A stretch of 64,000 bases of DNA, taken from NCBI GenBank assembly GCA_023231475.1, contig JALJEE010003284.1:1-64000 (forward strand), written 5' to 3'. Shown one piece after another: positions 39,135-51,497 of this stretch. Below the pieces are notes generated by a model. That model was not told the DNA's origin. It did not search any database and saw nothing but the letters and a program-made list of their open reading frames with translations. The position numbers were made by a program, and so were the translations under genes. The DNA is from Seison nebaliae (taxonomy: Eukaryota). The stretch's first letter is position 1. Every line of letters begins with the position of its first letter.

Positions 39135-40286
39135 TGTCATCGAAATAATATAAATCAACAATCAAATGATTTTAATTGGAATCTTTCTAATAATCAATTT
39201 TTGAATCAATCTGATAATTTCCTTGTTGACATGAACACAAATGTCAACTTTCCAAAATCGAATAATTCTCAAAATTATACTGAATATATAGATCCGATGA
39301 AGAAGAATAATGAAACTCATCATCAATTCTTCTCATCAAACAATATTTCTCCAATTATTGGACAAATTAATTCCAACCAATTATCAACACAACATAATCA
39401 ATTTAATCATTCGAAAGAGAATCAATTATTAACGAATAATTCAAATCATCAATTTATTCATGGAAATCAGATGAATGAAAATTTAAATAAAGATTTATTG
39501 AGTTCAAATTGTCTATTTGAACAATCATCTATCTCAACTATCAATCATCCACAAGAACAAATTCTATCGAATAATTCTTCATCATTAATTATGAAAAATT
39601 CGACGACTAAAACCCAATCACTTCCCACTTCCACGGCAATAATAAATCAAATTCCACAAACGAATGAGGAAGAAATGACGAATTCGCACAAAATCGTTAC
39701 AACGGAAACATATGAATCATTTTCATTACAACAATTGAAAAGTGAAACGAGAAAATTCTCATTGACAGTTCGTGGGACGAAACGTCAATTGATCGAACGT
39801 TTACTCAATTATCATAATTCGGATAAAAGTAAAATAATGAATAAGACGAATAATTCACGTTCTCATCATTCCTCATCAAAAAAGGAGAAATTGTCAAAAG
39901 AGAATTTGAGTTTTTTTGATCGGAAATCAAAAGAGATGTCAGAATTGGCACAACGTCTTTTTTCCCTTCAAGCTGAATTGAAAAATAAGAGAAATGATTT
40001 AACAGAACAACAACGGAAACAATTAGATACGACAGTTAATCAATCGATTATCGATAAGAATGAATTCATCGAAAAACATTCATCTTATGATAGCGATTTA
40101 CTCGTAACAAATTTAGCTGATGGAACTGTGATGATTGTCGCTTCAAAATCTTTCCCAACATTACCATCTCCATTAAATCTTCATGATTCGTTGATGAATC
40201 AAATAGGGAAGAAATTGAAAGAGCAAAAATTGACGACCAATTCCGCCTGCATTATGACGATTGACGAAGCGAATCGTTTTTTGTAA
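36771..40286 (+). CDS. MRTF: Myocardin-related transcription factor (SRF co-activator)
   Basis: Three RPEL repeats (RPSMNELMERG, RPQREKLIEQHI, RPGPLELVEKDIL); basic/FHEY and KILQQQQ boxes; SAP domain LQQLKSETRKFSLTVRGTKRQLIERL; coiled coil. The 3' end may splice to a small exon at 40521-40581. Confidence 0.9.
39090..39133 (+). repeat. (AAT)n coding microsatellite, poly-Asn in MRTF
   Basis: Directly visible. Confidence 0.9.
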
Positions 40287-41398
40287 GTTTCACTTCCACA
40301 TTGTTTGTCTTCTCCCAATTCAATTATCTTCTTTTCTTTCTTTTCCCCTTTTCTTTCGATGTGAAGCGATGACGATAATTTTCCCTTTAACGATTGAATA
40401 ATCCGCGTGAATTTATTTGTTTGATAATTAAAAATTTTTCTTCTTTCATTTTTCATGTTAACCCGTTTTCATCATCACGAAAATTCAATGGTTAAATGAT
40501 TCTCTTCTATTTCCATTTAGTCAACATCGACAATTAGTGGAGGAAGGGACTAATAAACTTCCTAATACAAATTCGCATTAGATCATTGAGAAGATTATTT
40601 AAAACGAACAAAATCTTTTTCCAAATTAAACAACATCATTCCACAATGGAAAAAAGAGAAAAATTCTTAGAATTCAATTATAAATATATTCTCTCATCTG
40701 AGAGATATCGATATCTATCCCATCATCATTAATGGCAATCACTTCATTTCCATTCGTATCATATTTAGAGTAGATTCACTTCTCACAATTCTATATACAA
40801 ATAACAATTATGAGAAGAAACAATTTAAAATTTTTTATATATAAATAAATATAATTTATTGATAAATCGATTTGAATTCAAATTATTTATTATTTCAAAT
40901 CATTTCTCTTAAAATTGCCGTTATAGAACAGATAGAAAATAGATAAATATCATGATAAATTCCTTGTAAATTTCATTATCTTATAATATATTGACCATTC
41001 TTAAAATTCTAATAATCAATAAAAGGATAAATGGAATCATTATCAATTTTAAAAAATATTTCACTTATCTACAACAAATAATTTAGTTATCCGATTTGAA
41101 ATATTTTTATTCTTTTCATTTATAATTTGAAATTGAAATTATTGAAAATAAGAAGAAAAGTTTAATGAAATTTTATTATTATTATAAAAATAAGAAATTC
41201 GATTAATAATTTATTGACTAATCAAACATTAAGAACTTCAGATGAAATTATGATTTTAAGATATTTTACGAATTTCATTTACATTAAGAAAGATAATAAT
41301 AAGGACAATAACAACTAATATTGAAGGGGATGAGAAAGTGAATTAGTTCGTTGAACTAACGGCTCTCAAAACCTTTAATTTTTCTATTTTTTTCCACA

Positions 41399-44300
41399 AT
41401 GAATTGGTTGTCCACTAATAATATTACAAATCTTTCAAATATCTCGAATATTGCAAAGAATGCGTTGAATAAAGCACAGAAAGGAATTGATGCAGTTTTA
41501 GATATAAATGAAGAAGAACAATTGAAAAGATTAAATGATTTAGAACAAACGTTGAAGAAAGAAAATAATTTGAAGAAAAAAGAAGATTTAGTGAAAGAAG
41601 AAGATTTTCCCATTTCTGTTCCTCCAAGTGGATCGAATATAACTCTATTGGAAGAAGATTTAAACAATTCAATATCTTCATCATCATCATCATTAGAAGA
41701 TAATGAAGAGAATGAACGACTCTCTCATATTCAACAATGGATAACGGAGACAGTTGAATATGCTGATCAATTAGAGAAATTAACAGAAACGAATGAAGGA
41801 GATGTTATCTCATCCACATTGAAGACGATTATTGATCAGATTGTAATGAACGATTCTATTGACAGTCAAACATCATCTATCGACACAATTATTGAAATTA
41901 AAATCGATAAAGAAGAGAATGATGAAAAAGAGAATATGTCAAATCAGGAAAGTTTCGTTCAAACGAAATCATCTTCTTTGGAAGAAATTGAAATATTAAG
42001 TTGTCCGTCAACAATCGATGACAATGGACATCAGAAAAACCGACAACAGAATTCGTCCTCCAATAATAGTTCCGACCTTCCAAGTGATATCGTCTTGTTA
42101 AATGATCAAAATGATAAATTGAAACTGTTCCAAATTTCTTTCCTCCAATTATTATTCTTCAATTCAATAGATTAATACATTCGATGGAATCGCAGATAAA
42201 TGAGGAGAAAGGAAAGACAACGGAATTGGAGAAGATTAATATTAATTTAATGAATGTTCCAACAATTATTGTGTGATAATATTTAAAAGAATTCTCTTTT
42301 CTCCTTCAGATAAAAAGAACATTAATCGAAGAAAATGAAATGTGCAAACAGGAACTTTTCCAAAAGTTTTTTTTATTCCAAAAAATTTCTTCCTTTTTTC
42401 TAAAGTTGTTTAGAGAAGAATTACTAAAAAAATTGAATGAAGAGAATAATAATTTGAAAATACTCAACAATGAACTTCGGGCGGAAGGCGAATCTTTCTC
42501 GAAACAATTACACAATCATTCACTTGTCACGAAGAAATTGAGAATAAAAGAGAAGAAACAAGACGAAGATATCAATTCTTTAAAGTATTCTAAATAATTA
42601 AAATTCTGATTATTTCATGTGAATTTCAAATAGAGAACAAATCGAAAAATTACAAAAGTCAAACGAGACATTACAACAGAAATTGAACAATAACGAACAA
42701 TTATTATCAGCTGATCAATGTTTTTTTATTATTCTTTTCCTATAAATATTGGAAAGATTTTTAGTAAAATATAATCGAGCGGATCAAACGATCAATGGAT
42801 TGGAATCAGAATTAGTCGCTGCTAAATTGACAACAAATGAAGCGAATATGAAATATGAGACGATGAAAGAATCGTTGGATAAAGTGAACGAAGAATTAAT
42901 AGACGTTTCCAATTTTTCTTTAATTTAATTCATTAAAAAATTATTTATATTAATTTCTAATTATTAAATTTCGTTTTCCAGTTGAAGAAGAATATGACAT
43001 CATTAGATAAAGAATCAAAGATATCATTCGCAGAGGAACATAATCGGAGAGAAATGGCAGAAAATGAAATGAAGATTATTCGGAATGATTATGAATTCCT
43101 TCAAAACAAAATGAAACAATTACAAATAAGTTTACATGAAAATTCGAAAGAACATCGAAAAAAAGATGAATTGCATATAAAAGAAAATGAGAATTTGTTG
43201 AATCAACTTCGAATGTTGTCGAATGAATTTGAGGAGAGTCGAGAGAAGGAATCCATCGAATCTCGTCCATTCATTCAACAAATGGAAAGTATGAAACGAT
43301 TCTATTCTCGACAATTGGAAACAATTGAAAAAAGTGAAACTCAAATGTCCGAGCGATTAATCGAACTACAAGTAAAAGTTAAATTTCATTAAATATCGGA
43401 TTGAATAAGAAACATCTTTTTCTTTCAGACAATTTCACAAGAAGAAAGAATGAAATCGATGAAAACAAGTGAAACTTTCCTTAAAAAATGTTTGGAAGAG
43501 CGTAATAGAATAGTGGATGATCTGAGGAAAGAGTTGGAGAAAGTTGAAGAAGAATTGAAGAATTTAAATTCGTCTTCTTCTAATCAAATCAAATGTTTGA
43601 AGAAGTTTTATTTTTTTTTCAATATAATATCATCCACATCTTTTCCTCTACTTCATTAAATGATAGAGAAATTGAAAAGATGAAAAAATTATATGAATCG
43701 ACGAAAGAGAATTATGAGAATCTTCGATGTGATAAAGTTTAAATTTCTCTTCTTTTTCATTTATAAGAAGAATGTTTATTGGTTAATTTTGTAATTCAGA
43801 TTCAATTAGATGTATCACATGTATCACTCGAATCAAAATATAATCAATTATTGGAAGATATTCAATTGAAGAAGAATGACATTAAAATACAACGACCATC
43901 TAACGACAAACAAATAGATCATTCAACACTTCCATCAGACAATCTTCCTCATCAATTATATTCGATGGTGCGGCAAACAAACGGTTCATCATTATCTGTC
44001 ATCGAACAGTTGCAAGCGAAAGTTCAAACATTAGAAAATAATCAATCTTATCTCCAAGTTTTCCATCTTTATTATTCTCTTTTTATCATCCGTTCACAGA
44101 ACGAACTAACCAAATCACAAGAAGTTAATATTGTAAAAGAAGAGAAATTGAAAGAACTCTTCCATTCGATCGACGAATATGAATCCAAATTGTTAAAACA
44201 ACAAGAATTGTCCAAAGAGTTTTTCATTTCTTATAAATTCTTTTTTTAATTTTTACTTTTCAGATATCATATGATGCAAATACGCTTCAACGAATTATTG

Positions 44301-44423
44301 AACATGTACGGCGAGATGGAAGAGAAGAATGACGAATTGTCGATGGATCTGGTCGAATATAAAACTATGTATAAAACACAATTAGAAGAATATTTGAAAC
44401 AGAAAGAATCTCGAAATATATAA
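41399..44423 (+). CDS. TMF1: TATA element modulatory factor / golgin TMF1 (12 exons)
   Basis: N-terminal IAKNALNKAQKGIDAVLDI; ELRAEGESFSKQ..KKLR; C-terminal LLNMYGEMEEKNDELSMDLVEYKTMYKTQL; 11 short introns restore frame. Confidence 0.9.
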
Positions 44424-44978
44424 ATTTCTTCTCATTTTCATTTCATCCGTCCTAATAATATTATTTGTATCTTCTCATGTCACATCAGGAAACATGATTT
44501 AATTCCAATTATTCATCTGAATTCCACATTTTTCACAAATGAGTTTTCATTTAAAAGTCTTCATTCTCAGAATTCATAAAAACTCTAATTTGTTTATGAG
44601 GTAAAAATGTTAATTTAATAAATATCATTTATTTATCTCAATCCACTTCAGAATAATCAAAGTGGATGTGCCAACTCTCCACAATTAAAATAAGAGAATC
44701 ATTCCAGTGTAATATATTCTTCTATCATATCAGATTTGGTAAAACTATTAAATTATATATATAAATAACATTATTAACTATAAATTTTTAGAAATAATTA
44801 AGAAATCCAATTGTTCAATTTGGATCAACACAACTGATCATGGAAATAAATGTTGATTTTATTTTCAATTACATCAATTTAATTCGATATTAGCACTATT
44901 ATATTTGCGCGGTATTTTTGTTAATAATTTAAATTTTGAATATTGAATAAGTTCTTATTCAGTTTTTAAGAAACGATA

Positions 44979-45828
44979 ATGAGTTTCAAAAATTATGCAG
45001 CGGAAGATCAATTAGATGCAATTATTGAGTTAGAAAGTTCTTCTCAAAAGATTGTTCAAATATAACTATAGATCGACGAGATTACCCAACTCAAATTTTA
45101 AGGAAATAGTTCGACCGTTTGTAGATTATGTGAAAAAAGATAAAACTCATCCGGCGAGAAATGATCCAAAATTTTCCGATTTACTCATTCAATATCAAAA
45201 GCATTCGCAGAGTACTACAGGATTCTACCGATATGTTCTAAAAAATGAATTAGTCAACAATTTTATAAATTTCCATTTGGAGATGATTCAGAATATGATA
45301 GATGAAGGACATGAAGATAAATGTAAAGATCTCGTGGAGAATATTATCAACAAAAACAGAAGTTGGCAACCTCAATTAAGTGAGAGATTTCCACAATTAT
45401 TCCCTCGCACTCCGAACATATGTAGTCACTTAGAAAAATGTGATGGAATTAAAAATATCTTTCAAAATAATACAGTCAATGAGACTCACAATGAACCAAT
45501 TGTAGAGGATGACATCTCAAACAAACTATCAGACGATTTTAAAATGAAAGAAATCTTTACAAAACAATTAGAACCAGTTAAAATTGAAATAGAGAACTTG
45601 AAAGTATCTGTAGAAAAATTATCTCACAATATAAAGAAAATTGAAACGAAAATTGATGAGAAGATGTTGTCTTTGGAACATACGGTGGAGAAATATTTCA
45701 ATAATCAAGTTTTCATTACCGAAAGAGTTCAGAGACAAGAATTGACAAATGTAACTGAAGATGCTAGAAAAAATTCAAAAATTCCTCCGGTAAACCAGAA
45801 AACCGTAAGCCATTCGGGGAAACGGTGA
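44979..45828 (+). CDS. Orphan protein with coiled-coil C-half (2 exons)
   Basis: ATG at 44979; a 43-nt GTTAG..TAG phase-2 intron joins in frame to ORF 45052; coding-like but interrupted sequence follows the stop. Confidence 0.5.
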
Positions 45829-46671
45829 ATGATTATAAACATAAAATGCAATTGGAGCGAAGTTAATTAAAAGAAGTTTCAAAATTGTTTGAACGGATGA
45901 TTGGTACGTATAAGAATTTGGATGATTTGAATTTTGCAATTTGCATAATGCGACAATTTTGGAAAAGAATGTTTTTTGAAGGAAACTGACAGATCAGATC
46001 AAAACTTTTCATATTGAATTCGAAACTGAAAGACCGTACATAGAATGGCAGGAACTAAAGTCTCATAGTTTGAGATAGAAATATTCAAAAACGTTTCATA
46101 TTGAAAGAATGAAATAAAGCTTATGGGAAATTCTAACGAATTTTTCAAATATTTAACAAATTTTAATTTTTCAAAGTTTATATTACTTAATAGAAATGTT
46201 TATTAAATTACAATGAATTTATAATGTAAAATATTATATTTTAGAGTTTAGGTATTATTGATTTTATATCTGACAATACGAAGAATCACTTTAGTGACAA
46301 TCATCTAATTAAACACCATAAATGATAATTGCTTGCTATAAACGATAATATTTTATTAATAAATAAATAAGACGATCATACGTATGTGTAAGAGAAAGAA
46401 AATCGGAATTTCAGTTTTTTCTTCTTGAATCCTCTTGAATTTCATAGTTGATTCTTGGGAGCTCTTATTTTTTACAAATGATATACGCCATTTTAGTACG
46501 ATAAAAATTTTGAAGGGGAATAATTATTATGAAAATAATGACAGCATTTTAAAAATTCGTTGTGAGACAAAATATTTTAGAATTTGAATAGAAATCGGAC
46601 ATTGAAAGGATAATATGAGAATTATATTAAAATTTGAAAATAGAGAAAATTAAATTTATATTCTTAGTGAA

Positions 46672-47713
46672 TTAGTTGAATTGAAGACCTCTGATAACGA
46701 TATGGGTGGCGTAACTCATATCGTTTGCTAGTAAAAAGATTAAACATTACCAATAACACTAATAATACACTTACTTTCTTCATTACCCGCTTTTTGATAA
46801 GTAATTACAGGGAAATTACGATTCCTGCATAATAGCCCCGGAATATCTATACAATTAATAAATACAACAAAAGAATAATTCACAATGTATTTTTTTTCAC
46901 ATGCCAATATTGTGATTAGTCCGTCCAAAAATGGGTTTATTATTGTGAACCTCAATTAGGTAATTATAAATAGAAATAAACATTGTGAGAACTATTATTA
47001 ACCTTTTCAAAAACAAAGAACTATCTCTGATTGCTTCAACAACACTCTGTTTAACTGGATCGTACACTTTAATGTATTTTATCTTCACTGTGGAAAACCA
47101 ATAGAAGGTTCTAGGAGCATCATTTATCTCGAAACTGATTTCAATCATAACTTTAGGCCCGTCGTATATCTGAAATAAAATCTTTAGAGTAAATAATTTC
47201 CGATGAAATCAGTTAATTATTAAAAAAAGGAACTCTATCATATATCTGACTTTCTATAGATTGGTGAAAATAATGTGGTGTTTGTTTTGAAATCGACGAT
47301 AAATCAGGAGGAGGTTGATTTGTATATGAACCCCTGTTATTTATGAACTTTTCCAACCAGCTATTATCACCATTACCATCCACCATAATCGATAGAATTT
47401 GTTCGTTCTTAATACGTGGAATTTTTGAGGAACAAGTTTGATCAATCATATCAGATGGAGCACTTATAACAGATTCACAAGGAGGTTCAGTTGTTTCTTC
47501 ATTCTCCTTCATTCTCCCTTCAATTGATTTTATTGTTAATTTGTCTTCCTTTCCGCTTTTATCCACATCAATATCATAATTGACGTAGTTCATTGAGCTT
47601 CCTTCAATTTTCACTTTTTCAGCAAAACGCATGATATTCGATTTCGGTTGACGACCATCAGTTAGTTGAAGAATTATCATTATTAAAAAACGAAAAAATA
47701 AATTAGACATCAT
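46672..47713 (-). CDS. Orphan secreted protein (5 exons)
   Basis: Signal peptide MMSNLFFRFLIMIILQLTDG; introns (GTT, GTT, GTG, GTAAGT) join ORF-track ORFs 47213, 46897 and 46740 plus a last exon ending ..HIVIRGLQFN*. Confidence 0.6.
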
Positions 47714-48101
47714 TCTTAATCTAAAAAGAAAATTCTAAAACAACTTCTACTACCTAAATAAGAAATAAATGTTTCCTTAAATCTAAACGTCCAAGAATCG
47801 ATAAATCGATAACGAGAAAAATGAAACGGATTAATGCTCCTACTCAATTTACAAACAGATATATTTTGAGTTGCTCCTAATAATAAATCTAATGCAAATT
47901 CAAACACAATTTTCTTCATAATTACAAATATAACTTTAATCATTTTTCAACATTTCGTCGACCTGTTAAAATTCTCTTAATCTAATGAACACCTAAAGTA
48001 ATTCATTTTACCTTTATGCAAAAGTTGGACTACCCAAAATCAAAATGTTCAAACTAACTGAATTAAGATTGTATTAGCATTTAAATATAGTATTCTCATT
48101 G

Positions 48102-48877
48102 GGGGAAGGACAAAAGAACCACGGTGCAAAAGAGCCATAGACAAAAGAGACACGCATACTTCTAAAAATAAGATATTTACTCTATTACAGATAATTCATA
48201 CAGTTTTTCTTTATTTCTTCGAAATATGATAAAAAGTCCATCGTATCAAATGCGTCAATTAAGTTTTTCAAATGAGCAGTAAGTGTTTTCTTCATTTTTG
48301 GATTTTTATTCTTTTCTCCTTCCAAAATCCTTATCTCAATGTATGTTTCAATTTCTTGGATGTTGTCCAAGAATCGGAATATATCTACCCGTTAACCCGA
48401 GGATATTCAATTGAAATAATTATTGAAACTTTCACTAATATTATTAGTAATAGAAGGAGTGCTGTTTTTCCGCATTGCTTCGAAATTGTTCCAAACATGA
48501 ATGGGAAAATGGTTATTTATCAAATTATTCCTAATATCCCGATAACCAATGAATTGTTGATGGAAATAATTAAAAATCGGATCCCAAATTAACGGAGCCT
48601 TGTGATAAAATTTTTTAAACTCGAGTTCAACTTTATCTGTAAATTCCTCTGTAAATTTTGGAAAACCAAAATCCAGACATGATAATCCTGTACAGTCCTA
48701 TACCGCGTTTTACTTATTTTACTTCACTTTGAGAGGAATCCATTCCAATTCATGACCCGACTCGAATCAAAGCATGAACCTGACTTTTTATGTTTCTGCT
48801 GTTCGAAAAAAATCAATGCCTGTGTGGCTCTTTTATCTCGTGGTTCTTTTGTCTCGTAGCTCTTTTGTCCTAGACTT
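48102..48877 (-). mobile_element. Internally deleted Mutator-like DNA transposon (MULE) with repeat-built TIRs and 9-bp TSD
   Basis: TTCTCATTG at 48093-48101 and 48878-48886; inverted arrays of ~GACAAAAGARCCAC at both ends; internal frame IFNYFHQQF..FPIHVWN..TNNISESFNNYFN*..IFRFLDNIQEIE with in-frame stops. Confidence 0.85.
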
Positions 48878-49609
48878 TTCTCATTGTCAGGATCTTATTT
48901 CAAAGTATTATATCGAGTTATGTTTATCTTGATTACGTTAATGTAATTTATAAACTTAGGGAAGAAATATTCTGCATTTTCTCAATAATTTCCCCAAAAC
49001 TTCATTTGGAAATACATATTATTATAGTATTAGATGAAAATTGGATCGTTCAAGTCTTGTATTTAAAATAAAGAGAAATTATTTATAAATTCTAATAAAA
49101 TTTCCGCCTACGAACATAAGCCTAAGTTAGTTGTTACTACAGCCAAAATAGACATTTTATTTTACCATGTGTTGATAATTAAATGTGTTAGCACCATAAG
49201 AATCATAGAAAATTACTAGTTTAATTAATAACTCGTAAGTCGACTCAACAAAAACCATTCAATTTGACATTGTAATTCCAAATGTGAAGAAATATTTGGA
49301 AAAATGTTGGACTTATCCATTGTTAATGGCTATTTTATGTCAGATATTCTACCATTAATTCGTCATAGAATAAATTTTTAAAATTTGAAACAAAAGTATC
49401 AGCTTTCTAATTCACAATAAAATTGTCACTAAATGTATGATGATCCTATTAGATCGTTTTAAGGTATTCGTGTATTCACAAAATATTACTCTTCAATACC
49501 TCTTGGAATCGACTTCATTCAAAAGTTGATGATTGAAAGAAATTTTTTCCAAATTCGCGATTTAAGTTTTCGGCCTTTAATTTTTCCTGTGTAAATTGCT
49601 GCACAAATA

Positions 49610-51143
49610 ATGAGCAAATTAGATCGGTTGTATCGAGGAATTGTTATTTCCAAATTCTTTAAAAGTGGTTGGGGATCACCGAATTTGTTGCATAAGTTTG
49701 TCGATTTCCTTCGTACAACTTTTTGGATAATATAGCTGATGAAGAATTGTTACAAATCATCATAACTACTATAGGAGTCGTACGAATTTCCTTAATCAAT
49801 TCGCTTATCCTTTACCTGAATTTCGAGTTGAAAAGGTTTCTATTTCGAAAATGTTTATAATAGACAAACACTTTTCTTTCAGATACGAGAAACGAACAAT
49901 TATCAGACGTACAACGTTAGATTTCGAACGTCGTTTTGGAATTGGTGGATTGATGAGATTGAGAATGATGTTGTTGATATTGCCGAGTTTGTTTTGAATA
50001 AATTCTACTAGCGAATTCGAATAAGGATTTCAGTGTAGAGATGGTCGTTCCGAAAACTGTGAATAAGAATGAAGATATGAATATCATTATCCATCTAGCT
50101 GGTACTGGTGATCATGTTATTATTTATTTTTCTTATTTTTTGTGTATTTCTCCTTTTTTTTTCGTTTAGTATAGTTGGAGACGAAGATTAATGTATGCAT
50201 TACCTTTAGTCTCCAAAGGTAATTATGTTTCGATGATTTTAGAGAATCCATTTTATGGTCGAAGGAAACCCAAAAATCAATTGTTATCATTTATCTCTTT
50301 TATCATTTTCATTAACATTTCCATTCATTTAGACGATCAGCTTTAAATAAAATTTCTGATCTCTTCTTAATGGGAGGAGCGTTAGCAACTGAAGTATATC
50401 ATTTAATCCAATGGACGAAACGATATGGATTATTCGAAGGAATGAATTTGAAATTTTGTGTGACAGGAGCATCGATGGGAGGTCATATGGCTGCTGTCAG
50501 TTCAACATTTCTTCCAGAACCAGTCATCTGTATTCCTTTTCTCACTTGGTCTAGTGCGTCGTTAGTATTCACACATGGTGTAATGAGTACATCATTACCA
50601 TGGAAAGTTTTGGAAAAAGAATTAATGGAAAATTTTGATGAATATGATAAGAAAGTTTTCCAATATTTTTCCGATATTCCTGGCGCTGTCAATGATAATA
50701 ACATATCAGAGACACGTCGAATATTGATGAAATTATTAGATGAAACAACATTTGTCGGTCATTATCCTCAACCGTTCGATGACAAGAATAATTGTGTTGT
50801 CACAGCAGAATATGATGCTTATGTACCTCGTTTTCATTTTATTCCTCCGTTGGTTCCCAAACCGAAAAAAATTCTGAGAAATAAAACGAAAGATCTTAAA
50901 GGAATGATATCAAATGCTTTTGATAACACGATCGTTAAAAAGGAAATGAATAATTCAAATGATTATATCGTATGGCCGAATGCATCTCATTTGCAAATGG
51001 TGAATCAAGGTCATGTATCGAGTATCATGAATTATGCTGATATCTATCGGTTCACATTTTATTCGTTTTATTATTTATTGATATATATTTATTACAGAAC
51101 AATTATTATGAATCGAATGAATTATTTATCAGTTTCAAATTGA
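49610..51143 (+). CDS. ABHD18: Alpha/beta hydrolase ABHD18 (C4orf29/DUF2048), 7 exons
   Basis: MSKLDRLYR..FFKSGWG, IHLAGTGDH, LENPFYGRRKPKNQ, SDLFLMGGAL, TGASMGGHMA nucleophile motif, DAYVPR, GHVS; six GTT introns. Confidence 0.92.
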
Positions 51144-51497
51144 ATGGAATTCTATTTCATCATCGCTCAGTTAAAAGTATTACAAAAATTTTAATTGAAA
51201 AAAACTTCGTTGGGAATATTATTTATAAATTTTCGAGTTCCATACAATAATTATTATTTATTTAATAATAATAATAAATATTTAAGAGAAGAAAAAATTT
51301 GATGAAAGATAAAAACCAATTATTTTTATTTATTTAATATTTTCGAGAGGACCTTTAATTCATAATCTTCACATATATCGATATCAAATAAAAACGAATA
51401 ATTTATATTAATTTCATAAATTTTAATAATTAATTATTATTCAAATATTTCTTTGATTTAATATTGATAATATTGAAAGATAATTTAAAAGATTTAA

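Noticed and set aside
48370..48420. In-frame stops in a transposase-like frame as a sign of codon reassignment
   Set aside because: Host genes end at TAA, TAG and TGA and long ORFs are clean under the standard code; these stops reflect transposon decay
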